Of a stretch of DNA of 64,000 bases, positions 49,850-59,400 are shown piece after piece. Position 1 is the stretch's first letter. Each line of letters starts with the position of its first letter. Source of the stretch: Thermoanaerobaculia bacterium (GTDB lineage: Bacteria; Acidobacteriota; Thermoanaerobaculia; UBA5066); the NCBI GenBank assembly GCA_963816185.1, contig CAWFJJ010000001.1, positions 128,001 through 192,000 on the forward strand, read 5' to 3'. Made by a program: the position numbers and the translations under genes. The notes under the pieces are model-generated. The model was given only the letters and a program-made list of their open reading frames with translations, searched no databases and had not been told where the DNA came from.

Positions 49850-51256
49850 CTACGCGCGAGGCGGCGCGGCGGCCTCCGGCTCGACCGCGTCCCGGGCGTC
49901 TCGTGAAAGCATGCCGTGGCGCTTCAGCATCTCGTTCAGCGTCGTCGGCTTGAGGCCGAGGAGCTCGGCCGCGCGCTTCTGAACGCCCGACGCGCGCTGC
50001 AAGGCCGCCGAAAGCAGCGAGCGCTCGTAGGCGGCGACGGCATCCTTGAAGGAGAGCCCCTCGGCGGGCAGCGCCGCCGCGCGCGGCACGGAGCGCCGCA
50101 CGGTGTCCGGAAGCTGGTCGAGGTCGATGACGCCGTGGCCGAGAACGAGGGCGCGCTCGAGGACGTTCTCGAGCTCGCGCACGTTGCCGGGCCAATCGTG
50201 GTCGAGGAGCGCCTTCATCGTCGCAGGCGTGACGGAGGGGACGGCCCTGCCGTTCTCCGCGGCGGCTCGCGCGAGGAGCGTCTCCACGAGAAGCGGCACG
50301 TCCTCGCGGCGCTCGCGCAGCGGAGGAAGCGGAATCGTGATGACGCAGAGGCGGTAGAAGAGGTCTTCGCGGAAGCGGCCCTCGGCCACGAGCCGCGCGA
50401 GATCGGCGTTCGTGGCCGCGATGACGCGCACGTCGGCGTGCTGCGGCTCGACCGCGCCCACGGGCAGGAATTCGCGCTCCTGCAGGACGCGCAGGAGCTT
50501 CGCCTGCGTCTCGATCGGGACCGTGCCGATCTCGTCGAAGAAGATCGTGCCCTGGTCGGCCGCCTTGAACAGGCCCTTCTTGTCGGCGACCGCACCCGTG
50601 AACGAGCCCCGCACGTGTCCGAAGAGATTCGACTCGAGAAGGTCGGGCGGGAGAGCTCCGGAGTGTACGGTGACGAACGGGCCCGACGCCCGCGGAGACA
50701 GCCGGTGGAGCGCCTTGGCGACGAGCTCCTTGCCCGTTCCGCTCTCTCCGGTGATCAGGATTGTCGAGCGCGCGGCCGCCGCCTGGCGGATCGTCTCGAA
50801 CACGCGCTCCATCGAGGCCGAGCGCCCGATGATCTCCTTGAGGCCGGGCGGAGTTTCGAGGCGCGCCTTGAGGGCTCGGTTCTCGGCCACGAGCCGGCGC
50901 TTCTCGAGCGCCTGCTTGACGACGTGGACGACCTCCTCGTTCCGGAATGGCTTGGGGAGGTAGTGAAACGCGCCTTCGCGCATCGCGGCGATCGCGCTCT
51001 CGACGGATGAGTACGCGGTCACGACGACGATCGGCACCTCGGGATGCCGCGCCTTGACCTCCGACAGGACTTCGAGGCCCGGGCGGTCGGGGAGCATGAG
51101 GTCGAGGAGCAGCAGGTCGATGGGCTCCTTGGCGAGGCGGTCGAGCCCCTCTGCCGCTGTTGCGGCTTCGCGCGTCACGAACCCGGCCTTCGCGAGCACG
51201 GACCCGAGAACGTCGCGGATGACGGGCTCGTCGTCGAGAATGAGAACGGTGGACAT
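49850..51256 (-). CDS. NtrC-family sigma54-dependent response regulator
   Basis: REC, GESGTGKE, GSFTGA, FFDEI, WPGNVREL, Fis HTH. Confidence 0.93.
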   Translation of the reverse strand: MSTVLILDDEPVIRDVLGSVLAKAGFVTREAATAAEGLDRLAKEPIDLLLLDLMLPDRPGLEVLSEVKARHPEVPIVVVTAYSSVESAIAAMREGAFHYLPKPFRNEEVVHVVKQALEKRRLVAENRALKARLETPPGLKEIIGRSASMERVFETIRQAAAARSTILITGESGTGKELVAKALHRLSPRASGPFVTVHSGALPPDLLESNLFGHVRGSFTGAVADKKGLFKAADQGTIFFDEIGTVPIETQAKLLRVLQEREFLPVGAVEPQHADVRVIAATNADLARLVAEGRFREDLFYRLCVITIPLPPLRERREDVPLLVETLLARAAAENGRAVPSVTPATMKALLDHDWPGNVRELENVLERALVLGHGVIDLDQLPDTVRRSVPRAAALPAEGLSFKDAVAAYERSLLSAALQRASGVQKRAAELLGLKPTTLNEMLKRHGMLSRDARDAVEPEAAAPPRA

Positions 51257-51259
51257 TTT

Positions 51260-54001
51260 TCAGGTCGCGGCGGGAAGGGATACGGTGAATCGGGCGCCAC
51301 GCTTTCCCGCGGACGTCACCGTCAACGTCCCGCCATGCGCGTGGATGATATCCCTCGCGATGGCGAGCCCGAGTCCGGTCCCCCCCTTCGCGGTCTTCGT
51401 GGAATAGAACGGCTCGAACACGCGGGCCGCCTCGGCATCCGTCAGGCCGGGTCCGTTGTCCTCGACGGAGAAGATGACGTGGCCGTCGTCTGCGGCAACG
51501 CGCAGCGTGACGGCAGGCGGCGGATCGCCGGCCGCGCGCGGCAAAGAAGGCGATGTCACCGCCTCGAGCCCGTTCTTGGCGAGATTCACGAGCACCTGGA
51601 CGAGGGCGTCGCGATGGCCGGAGACCGCCGGGAGGCCGGGCGCGGCCTCGACGTCGAGCGTTGCGCACCGCGCCGCGCTCTCGTCCGCGAGCGCCCATCC
51701 GGTCTCCTCGGCGAGGGCGGCAGGGTCGAGGCGCACGAACTCGCGCGGCTTCCCGCGCGCGAGGTCCAGAAGGCTGCCGACGAGGCGCGAGGCCCGGAAG
51801 GCCTGGCGTTCGATCTTCTCGACGAGCGTCCGGCGGGGATCGTCGCTGGGCGTCTCGTCGAGAAGCAGGCGCGCGAACCCTGCAACGCCCGCGAGCGGCG
51901 TATTGACCTCGTGCGCGACGCCGGCCGAGAGGGTGCCGAGGGCCGCGAGGCGCTCGCGGTCGGCGAGCGCGCGTTCGAGGCGCGCGGTCTCGGTTGCGTC
52001 GTAGAGGACGAGTACGCGGGCGTGGGATCCCGGACCCGCGCCGGGAAATGGCGAGACGGCGACGTTGAGGACGCGCGGCCCCGAGCCGAGGTCCGCCTCG
52101 AGCCGCGCGGGCGGCATCTGGGAAACGAGCGCGGCAGGCAGCACATCCGCTGCCAGCGTGCCCACGAGGGACGTTGCGTCGCGCCCGAGGAGGGCTTCGA
52201 AGGCCGGGTTGACCGACGTGAATCGGCCCAGATCATCGGTGGCTGCGATTGCCGCGGCCGAGCCCGCGACGACGTTCTCGTGAAAGCGCTGGAGCGTCCG
52301 GTAACGGTCGGCCTCGACGCGCAGCTCGTCGAACAAACGCGCGTGGTCGAGCGCGAGCGCCGCCGGCGCGAGAACGGTTTCGAGAAGCTCCGTGTCCTCG
52401 GCCGACAGGGGAACGCGCCCGGCGCGGTCGCCGACCGCGAAAAGGGCGAGGAGCCGCCCGGAAACGGTCAAGGGCGCGAGCGTGCGGAACCCTGCGTGCC
52501 TCAGGCGCGAGACGGCGGCGGTCGGACGCGCCGCAAAATCCTGCCGCGACAGGCGCGTCGTACGCGAGAGGGCCCTCGCGGGAAGCTCCGAGAGCGCGAG
52601 CGGCGGGCCTCCGTCGACGTCCACGCCGAGGAGGACGTCCTCCTCGACGGGCAGGAGGGCCGCGCGCGAGACGCCGAGACCCCGCGAAACGCGGTCCGCA
52701 AGAATGTTCTGAAGGTCTTTGAAAGCCCGCGGCGTCGGCAGCTCTCGAACGAGCGCGAGCAGGCCTTCACGATCCCGCAGGGCTTCGCGATACTGAAGGC
52801 GCGTGAGCGCGGTCGAAAGGCCCCGACGCACGGGTCCGAAGCTGAGCGCCATGAGAAGTCCGGCGGACACCTGCAACGCCGCCCTCGCGTGGGGAATCCC
52901 CACGGCCACAGGCTGCGCGAGAAGAAGCTGGGCGAGCGTGAAGAAGCCGGCTCCTACGAGCAGGGCGCCGAGCACCGACGCCGTTTGGCGGCCGAGAACC
53001 TCGACGTCCCACAGGCGGTAACGCGTGAGCGACGCGAGGAAAGCCGCTGGAACGAGCGCGAGAGGAAGCACCGAAAGCGACGAGACGATCGGAATCGAGC
53101 CCCCGAGAAGCCGGGGCACGAGATTCAGGAGAACGAGGGGAAGCATGCCCACGGCCGTGCCGAGCAGGAGGAAGCGGACCTGCTTCTCCGTCAGAAGGTC
53201 AGTCGGCCGCCGCGCGAGGACGAGGAGCCGTACGGCCGCAAGGGCGGCTCCCGACGCCATCCAGATGATCTGCGCGCGGTCGAGGGCGTTCACCGCTGCC
53301 GACGTGTCGCGTCCCGCCCTTCCGGAATACACGGCCGCAGTCGCGATGAGAAGCAGCGCAGCGGGCGCGAACGGGAGCCACGCGGGTGTGCGACGCATGC
53401 GCCTTGGGAACGTGAAGACGAGCGAGAGAAGGAGAGCGGGGAACAGCGCGCGCGCAACGTCCTCGATCAGAACCGCCGCGCGAAACAGCCCGTCGATCGG
53501 CGGCACCGGCGTCAGGGTGAGGACGAGAGCCACCGAAAGGGCGAAGCCGGAGAAGACGAGCGATTCTCGCGACGGCGGGGAGGGGCGGGCCGCCGCCAAG
53601 CCCGCCGCCAGGAACGCGAGGCCCACGGCGAAGAGGAAGAGGTAGCGCCAGTCCCAGGACGACACCGGGACGTTCCGGAATGTCCGAAGCGCGTCGCCTC
53701 GGAGGACGGTCACCTCGGCGGAGCGCTCCGCGAGCCAGCGCGAAGGATCGCCCGCACGCCGCGCCTCGTCTCCGTCGACGAGCAGCAGCAAGTCACCGGG
53801 CTTCAGACCCGACGGGGCGGCGGATTCGCCGACTCGGCGCACGCGGAGGCCCTCCGGCTCGGGCGAAACCAGGACGTCGGCCCGACCGAATGCCGAAACC
53901 TTACGCGCCAGGCAAAGCGCGGACGGCACGAGCGCGAGCGCGAGAGAGCACAGCACGAACCATCGCGCTAGGGCGCGCACCCAGGGAGATCGAGCCTCCA
54001 T
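51260..54001 (-). CDS. Sensor histidine kinase (PDZ-like, multi-TM, GAF, PAS, HisKA, HATPase)
   Basis: GLKPGDLLL.VDG, AHEVNTPL, NLAKNG, DNGPG, FEPFYSTK, GTGLGL. Confidence 0.9.
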   Translation of the reverse strand: MEARSPWVRALARWFVLCSLALALVPSALCLARKVSAFGRADVLVSPEPEGLRVRRVGESAAPSGLKPGDLLLLVDGDEARRAGDPSRWLAERSAEVTVLRGDALRTFRNVPVSSWDWRYLFLFAVGLAFLAAGLAAARPSPPSRESLVFSGFALSVALVLTLTPVPPIDGLFRAAVLIEDVARALFPALLLSLVFTFPRRMRRTPAWLPFAPAALLLIATAAVYSGRAGRDTSAAVNALDRAQIIWMASGAALAAVRLLVLARRPTDLLTEKQVRFLLLGTAVGMLPLVLLNLVPRLLGGSIPIVSSLSVLPLALVPAAFLASLTRYRLWDVEVLGRQTASVLGALLVGAGFFTLAQLLLAQPVAVGIPHARAALQVSAGLLMALSFGPVRRGLSTALTRLQYREALRDREGLLALVRELPTPRAFKDLQNILADRVSRGLGVSRAALLPVEEDVLLGVDVDGGPPLALSELPARALSRTTRLSRQDFAARPTAAVSRLRHAGFRTLAPLTVSGRLLALFAVGDRAGRVPLSAEDTELLETVLAPAALALDHARLFDELRVEADRYRTLQRFHENVVAGSAAAIAATDDLGRFTSVNPAFEALLGRDATSLVGTLAADVLPAALVSQMPPARLEADLGSGPRVLNVAVSPFPGAGPGSHARVLVLYDATETARLERALADRERLAALGTLSAGVAHEVNTPLAGVAGFARLLLDETPSDDPRRTLVEKIERQAFRASRLVGSLLDLARGKPREFVRLDPAALAEETGWALADESAARCATLDVEAAPGLPAVSGHRDALVQVLVNLAKNGLEAVTSPSLPRAAGDPPPAVTLRVAADDGHVIFSVEDNGPGLTDAEAARVFEPFYSTKTAKGGTGLGLAIARDIIHAHGGTLTVTSAGKRGARFTVSLPAAT

Positions 54002-54013
54002 GCCAAAGTTCGC

Positions 54014-54065
54014 AGCAAGGGAGATGCCAGTTATCCGATTCCTTGAATCAGTTTAACTCATTGAT
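54014..54065 (-). promoter_or_regulatory. sigma54 (-24/-12) promoter plus IHF-like site upstream of the kinase
   Basis: - strand TGGCATCTCCCTTGCT (54029-54014); ATCAAtgagTTA (54065-54054). Confidence 0.75.
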
Positions 54066-54167
54066 GAAATGGGTCTTGCCTGCCATGGAGGGGGGCGAAG
54101 AGGTCATGCCTCACGAAATCTTGAAGACAAACCCGACTATTTGGAGAGCCGACCTTGAAAAGGCAGA

Positions 54168-56057
54168 CTAGAACGAGACCGCGAATCCGCCAGCGAGTCG
54201 GCGATTCAGCTTCTCCTCGTCCTCCCCCTCACGCCGCTTGCCGAGCTCCAGGGAGAACAACGCGCGCAGGTCCGAACCGATCGAGCGCATCGCCTCGAGC
54301 GGGATGGACTGCCCGAGCGTGAGATCCACCGCCTCGACGTCGTTGTGCAGGACCGCTGTTCCGCGCGTGAGCGATTGCGTCACGACGCGGTAGCCCATGC
54401 CGAGCGACGTGTCTGTGGCGCGGATGCGGATTGCGGCCCGCACGACGCCCCACGTCGCGTCGTCGGACTGAATCTCGCCGTCGCGCTGTCCCGAGAGCTT
54501 TCCCGCGCGCATCGAGACGCGGCCGTCGAGAGCCTTGCCGAGCCGCGCGGCGGCGCCGAACGAGACGTCCGTCGCGATGTCGTTCGCGAAGAAATAGAGC
54601 GAGTCGAGTCGGTCGAGAAAATCCGGATCGAAAAGCAGGCGGTAGGTGCCCGTGAGCTCGCGACGCGACGCCTCGAGGAAGAGATTCTGGTCCTCGCCGG
54701 TCTGCCATCTCAGGCCCGCCTTGTACAACGCGCGCGAGCGCCGCGTGAGATCGGCCTCGTCGGTGCCCGCCTCTCCCGGCAGGAGCTCGTCGCCGTCGAG
54801 ACGCCGCTCGAAGCGGCGCGCGGCGAAGCCGTAGAGCTTCCAGCCGTCGCGCGTCGCGATCGCGAGCGTGACCTCGGGTGTAATGCCGCGCGAACGCTCC
54901 GACACGTCGCCCGTCCCGCCCGTCTCGATCACGAAGACGTCGAGCAAACGGACGCCCGCGACGGCGCCCGCCCGCGTCTCCCGGTCGAAAGGCGACGTCT
55001 GGCCGGCGAACTCGTTCATGGCGCTCCGATAGGAGACGGAGACGCGCGCGAACGTCGAGGAGGAGAGGTCGGTTTGATAGCGGGCGGCGACGTCGACGGC
55101 GTTCGACTCCCGCGCGAAAAGGTCCGCCACGGGCCCTGCCGACAACAGCCGTGACTGCGAGACGACGTGGGCGGAGACCGATGCCTGTGAGCGCTCCGAG
55201 ACGGCGCCGTTCCAATCGAGAGAGTGTGCGGCAAAGCGTGCGCCGTCGGCGTCGTCGGCCACGGTCTGCTGGCGGGAGGAGAGGTGAATGTTCTGGCCCG
55301 AGCCCATCGGCCCCGATGCCAGGTCGAGCGCCACGCGCGACGCATCGCCCGTCTTCTCGCCCGACATCGCGGCGAGCCGCGCGTAGGCGCCCGAGGCTCC
55401 CCAGCGCAGCTTGTCTCCGGCCGTTCCGCTCAGATCGAGCGAGGCCCGTGACAGGGAGGAGGCGCCCGCGGCGCCGAATCCCGCGGTGGACGCCACGGAC
55501 GCGCGGACGGGAAGTGAGGTCGTTCGCCCGTCACGGCCTGCGATCGAGACGGGGGGCGTCGCGTTCTCGGGTCCTTGCTCGAGGGCGGCCAGCACCGCGG
55601 GGACCTCGCGCAGGACGTCGCCTGGCGCGACGGCGCGTGCGATCCATGCGTCGAGGGGTCCGCCCGTCGCCTCGGGGAGGATGCCGGCCGGAGGTTCGAG
55701 ATCGAGGCGTACGAAGGAGAGTGCGCCGTCGGAGGTCGCCCGGTGCAGTAAGCGTACGAGCGCGGGGCGGAAGCCCGGCACGACGGAGAGGACCGTGTAG
55801 AGGCCTTCGGCCGCGTCGCCGAGGACGAACGTGCCGTCCGTGTCGCTCTTGAGGAGCTTCACGACGCTCGCTCCTCCGGCCGTCACGCCGCGCACGACGA
55901 GGGCGGCGCCCGGGACGGGCACGCCGCCGGCCCTCACGATGCCCGACAGAGGGGCCCGGCGCGCTCCGGCTTCGCCCGCGGCCGCGGGGCGCGCAAGAAG
56001 CGCCGCCGCAGCCACTCCGGCAAGCAGGCGTCCGGTCGAGCGGCTCAAAAGGGTCAC
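54168..56057 (-). CDS. Exported protein with carboxypeptidase-regulatory-like N-domain and probable beta-barrel
   Basis: Signal peptide, SDTDGTF.L...GLYTV...PGF, amphipathic strands, terminal Phe. Confidence 0.6.
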   Translation of the reverse strand: MTLLSRSTGRLLAGVAAAALLARPAAAGEAGARRAPLSGIVRAGGVPVPGAALVVRGVTAGGASVVKLLKSDTDGTFVLGDAAEGLYTVLSVVPGFRPALVRLLHRATSDGALSFVRLDLEPPAGILPEATGGPLDAWIARAVAPGDVLREVPAVLAALEQGPENATPPVSIAGRDGRTTSLPVRASVASTAGFGAAGASSLSRASLDLSGTAGDKLRWGASGAYARLAAMSGEKTGDASRVALDLASGPMGSGQNIHLSSRQQTVADDADGARFAAHSLDWNGAVSERSQASVSAHVVSQSRLLSAGPVADLFARESNAVDVAARYQTDLSSSTFARVSVSYRSAMNEFAGQTSPFDRETRAGAVAGVRLLDVFVIETGGTGDVSERSRGITPEVTLAIATRDGWKLYGFAARRFERRLDGDELLPGEAGTDEADLTRRSRALYKAGLRWQTGEDQNLFLEASRRELTGTYRLLFDPDFLDRLDSLYFFANDIATDVSFGAAARLGKALDGRVSMRAGKLSGQRDGEIQSDDATWGVVRAAIRIRATDTSLGMGYRVVTQSLTRGTAVLHNDVEAVDLTLGQSIPLEAMRSIGSDLRALFSLELGKRREGEDEEKLNRRLAGGFAVSF

Positions 56058-56129
56058 GAACCCTCCCCTTTGACTATCATCCGCCCGGTTTCGGCGCCCC
56101 GTCAACCGGAGTTTGAAGCGAGTGACACG

Positions 56130-57041
56130 TCAGGCCGCCGGTCCCAGACCAAGCGTGGCGCGGATCACGTGCCGGGCGACCGAGGGATTCTCCTTGAGCC
56201 GCCGCGTCGAGTAGGCGTACCAGTCCGCTCCGAACGGGACGTACACGCGCAGCCGGTGGCCGGCGTCGAGAAGGCTGCGCCTGAGGACGGGGTCTACGCC
56301 GAGAAGCATCTGAAACTCGTAGCGGTCGGGTCCGAGAGAGAGACGGTCGATCGTGGCCAGCGCGCGCTGCACGCAGGCCTCGTCGTGCGTCGCGATACAC
56401 GCGTAGCAGCCCGCGGACAGGTGCTTGTCGACGAGCGCACTGAAGCTGTCGATGATCGTCGCGCGCTCCTTCCAGGCGATCGTGCGGGGCTCCACGTAAA
56501 TACCCTTGCAGATCCTCACGTTCATGCGGGCTGCGACGAGGCGGTCGAGATCGTGCAGGCTGCGCTTCAGGTAGGCCTGAATCGCGACCCCCACGGCGGG
56601 GAACTTCGCCTTGAGCTCGAGCGCAAGGCGGAGCGTCGACTCCGTGTAGGGGCTGTCCTCCATGTCGAGGCGGACGAACATGCCGTGCGAGGCGGCGCGC
56701 GCGCAGATGTCCGTGCAGTTGTCGAAGGCGAGAGCCGGGTCGATCGCGAGACCCACGGCGGTCGCCTTCACGGAGACGTTCGCGTCGAGGCCGCTCGAGG
56801 CGATCGCGTCGATGACGCGCAGGTACTGATCCCGCGTGGTCCCCGTCTGCTCCTTGCGGGTCACGCTCTCCCCGAGAATGTCGAGCGTTGCCATCGCGCC
56901 CTCCGCAGCGAGCGCGCGCACGGTGGCGAGCGCGTCGTCGAGAGTCGCACCCGCCACGTACCGCGAAGCCACGCGCTTCACGAGCGCGCGCGGAACGAGC
57001 GGAAGGGTGCCGACGACGAGGCGGTCGAACAGCGCCGTCAT
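56130..57041 (-). CDS. Monofunctional proline dehydrogenase
   Basis: RYVAG, DMED, QAYL, RICKGIY, IATHD, EFQML.G, YVPFG..W..Y..RRL.ENP. Confidence 0.93.
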   Translation of the reverse strand: MTALFDRLVVGTLPLVPRALVKRVASRYVAGATLDDALATVRALAAEGAMATLDILGESVTRKEQTGTTRDQYLRVIDAIASSGLDANVSVKATAVGLAIDPALAFDNCTDICARAASHGMFVRLDMEDSPYTESTLRLALELKAKFPAVGVAIQAYLKRSLHDLDRLVAARMNVRICKGIYVEPRTIAWKERATIIDSFSALVDKHLSAGCYACIATHDEACVQRALATIDRLSLGPDRYEFQMLLGVDPVLRRSLLDAGHRLRVYVPFGADWYAYSTRRLKENPSVARHVIRATLGLGPAA

Positions 57042-57790
57042 CCGTTCTCCGGCGTTCGGGCAAGGACGAGGGCCCGCACCTCGGCCGCTCCCGCTGCTGA
57101 GAGCGCGTCGGCCGCCGCGAACAGGGTCGCGCCCGTCGTGACGACATCGTCGACCAGAACGAGGACGCGCCCTCGTGCCCGGGGAGATGCGGCAAACGCG
57201 CCCTTGACGTTCGCACGCCGGCCCGGCGCGGGCAGAGAAGACTGCGGTGGCGTGTCGCGTGTGCGAGAGAGAAGGACCCGGTTCGGCGTATCGAGGCGGC
57301 GGCTCGTCTCGTGGGCGAGAAGCATGGCCGGATCGTACCCGCGCTCGCGGTTACGCCGCCGGGTGGACGGCACGCTCACGAGCGCGTGAGCGCCGTCCGT
57401 AATTCCCGTGGAGAGGGCGAGAGCGGCCAGGCGATCGCCGAGAGGCGCCGCCAGGAGGTCCCAGCCGGCGAACTTGAACGCGTGATGGAGCGTGCGCAGG
57501 CCGCCCGCGTAGAGACCGAATGCGGCCGTGCGCGTCACCGCCGGGGGGGCGAGGCGGCAGCTCGCGCAGGGTGAACCGCTGCCCGGCAACGCGCAGCGCG
57601 GGCATGCGGCGGCCGCGTCGAGGATGGGGAGCGACGCCCAGCAGGCTCGGCATACGCCCCCGCCGCCGAGATCGACGCGCGGGGCGTCACAGACGCCGCA
57701 TCGCGATGGAGCCAGGAGCTCGAGTAGGGGCGCGAAAAATGCGTGGCCCGACGTCATCTGTGTCGCTGTTCCGGCGCCCGGCACGGTCAT
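57038..57790 (-). CDS. comF: ComF family protein (double zinc ribbon plus PRTase)
   Basis: CGVC, CRAC, CPRC, CASC, RERGYD, LVDDVVTTGAT; start uncertain. Confidence 0.88.
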   Translation of the reverse strand: MTVPGAGTATQMTSGHAFFAPLLELLAPSRCGVCDAPRVDLGGGGVCRACWASLPILDAAAACPRCALPGSGSPCASCRLAPPAVTRTAAFGLYAGGLRTLHHAFKFAGWDLLAAPLGDRLAALALSTGITDGAHALVSVPSTRRRNRERGYDPAMLLAHETSRRLDTPNRVLLSRTRDTPPQSSLPAPGRRANVKGAFAASPRARGRVLVLVDDVVTTGATLFAAADALSAAGAAEVRALVLARTPENG

Positions 57791-57878
57791 CGATTCTAGA
57801 CGAGGGATTGCCGGCCTCCGTATTCGCAGCATGCATCATGTCTTCGGTCGGGCCCTCTCTGACGTATCCTCGCCGGCG

Positions 57879-58472
57879 ATGTCGCGACGATTCGCGCGCG
57901 CGTTCGCGCTCGCCGCCCTTCTCGTCTTGTGGTGTCGTGTCGTCTCGGCGCAGACGACGCGGGTCCAGGAGTTCCCGTTCGCCGTCGGCGCCGGCGGATC
58001 TTTCGTGAACGACACGGGGCATTCCGCCGACGTGAAGGCCTTCTCGACCGGCGGGTTCCACGCCTTTGCCGAGCTCGCTCTCGACCCGGGCGTTCTTCTT
58101 CAGGTGCGGTACGAGAGCTTCCTGCTGCCGGGCAGGGCCTCCCAAGCTCCTTTCCAGCCCGCGGCCGCCGCTCCCCGAACGAAGGTGGAGGCGGGCGACG
58201 TGACCGTTGCCTACGTTTTCCGCGAGGAGTGGTGGGAGGCTGGCCTGTTTGCCGGAGTCGGCCTTTACGGCCTCACGCCACGATCTCCCGAGGCGGGCCA
58301 GACGCCCGTTGCCGTCCACGAGACCGTCTTCGGCTGGAATGGCGGGTTACTCCTCACCTTCCAGCTCGCACGGCGCTGGGACCTGCGCGTCGAAGCAGCG
58401 GGCTATCTCCTGCAAGACGTTGCCGCGACCAAGATCGTTCGCCTCGGCGGCTCCGTCGCGTACCACTTTTAG
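57879..58472 (+). CDS. Small outer membrane beta-barrel protein
   Basis: Signal peptide, alternating strands, C-terminal VAYHF. Confidence 0.7.
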   Translation: MSRRFARAFALAALLVLWCRVVSAQTTRVQEFPFAVGAGGSFVNDTGHSADVKAFSTGGFHAFAELALDPGVLLQVRYESFLLPGRASQAPFQPAAAAPRTKVEAGDVTVAYVFREEWWEAGLFAGVGLYGLTPRSPEAGQTPVAVHETVFGWNGGLLLTFQLARRWDLRVEAAGYLLQDVAATKIVRLGGSVAYHF

Positions 58473-58688
58473 TAATCCCGATCACGTTTCGACGCCCAAA
58501 ACGGTGGGCTCCCACCCGACCTTTCGGTCGGGCGGGGATTGCGGCGGTGGGATTGACTAACTGAGGCTCTGGATGGAGGGAAGAAACTGGAGGGCCCGGC
58601 GGCCGAATGGCCGGCGGGACTGGGGGGTGGAAATGAAGATCGTCGTATCCATTTGAGATTTTGTCGAAATGTCCGTTTCGATCTCCTG
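58471..58688 (-). ncRNA. Candidate sigma54-dependent small RNA
   Basis: Downstream of a -24/-12 box; several hairpins incl. GAAA tetraloop stem (58511-58536); no convincing ORF. Confidence 0.5.
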
Positions 58689-58697
58689 TCCATGTAT

Positions 58698-58850
58698 ACG
58701 CAAGGTCGATGCCTTCTGTTTCCGCCTCAGCGAGAAAAACAGTAAGCCATTTAATCCAAATCGCTTACACGCGATCAGGGTCTCTTGCATGAGGCGGGAA
58801 ATTCCTGCGCGAGAGATCGAAAATGGACACTCCCGGTGCGAAAACGACAC
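58698..58850 (-). promoter_or_regulatory. sigma54-type promoter with AT-rich palindrome and tandem UAS-like repeats
   Basis: aGGCATcgaccTTGCgt (GG 58713-12, GC 58701-00); GTAAGCCATTT-N5-AAATCGCTTAC (58742-58768); CGAAAATGGACAC and CGAAAACGACAC (58818-58850). Confidence 0.6.
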
Positions 58851-58860
58851 TTCGCCCGAC

Positions 58861-59319
58861 TCAGGCTCCTTCCGAAAGGGGCAGAAGCGTGGAGTCTTTC
58901 TTGACGGAAAGGGAGAGCTCGACGCGGGTTCTCACGACGCCACGAAGCGTCTGGACTTTCTCCCTCAGGATCGCCTCCAGGTGCTCCACGTCGCGAGCGC
59001 GGATCTTCAGCCGGTAGCCGAAGTCGCCCGAGATCGCATAGCACTCCTGGACGTCGAGCAGGGCTTCGATCTCCTCGAGAAACGGTCGCTCGAAACGCGG
59101 GTGCTCGAGCAGGACGTCCACGTGCGCCACGAGGGGCATTCCGACGAGGCGAGGATCGAGGAGAGCCGTGAAGCGCCGGATGAATCCGCGCGTCTCCAGT
59201 TTCTTGATCCGCTCGTTGACGGATGGCGTCGTGAGCCCGACCGTTTCCGCGATTCTCGCCTGCGAGATCTTCGCGTCCCGCTGGAGGATATCGAGGATCC
59301 GGCGATCGATGTCGTCCAT
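58861..59319 (-). CDS. Lrp/AsnC family transcriptional regulator
   Basis: MDDIDRRIL..LQ.DA, VGLT..SV.ERIKKLE, ECYAISGDF.Y.LK. Confidence 0.93.
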   Translation of the reverse strand: MDDIDRRILDILQRDAKISQARIAETVGLTTPSVNERIKKLETRGFIRRFTALLDPRLVGMPLVAHVDVLLEHPRFERPFLEEIEALLDVQECYAISGDFGYRLKIRARDVEHLEAILREKVQTLRGVVRTRVELSLSVKKDSTLLPLSEGA

Positions 59320-59400
59320 ATAAAATTCGGTCTGAAGGTTCGAAACCCGAACTTTATATGGTTGCAGGGCCCGAAGCAACCAGGGCGCCTTGCTCCAGGG

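Noticed and set aside
58469-58693. 74-aa ORF (MDRRSK...) as product of the sigma54 promoter
   Set aside because: Its ATG lies upstream of the predicted +1 (~58688) and the sequence does not look coding
58742-58768. 11-5-11 palindrome as the chromosomal dif site
   Set aside because: Spacer and arms do not match the XerC/XerD consensus; its position between UAS and -24/-12 fits a DNA-bending protein site better
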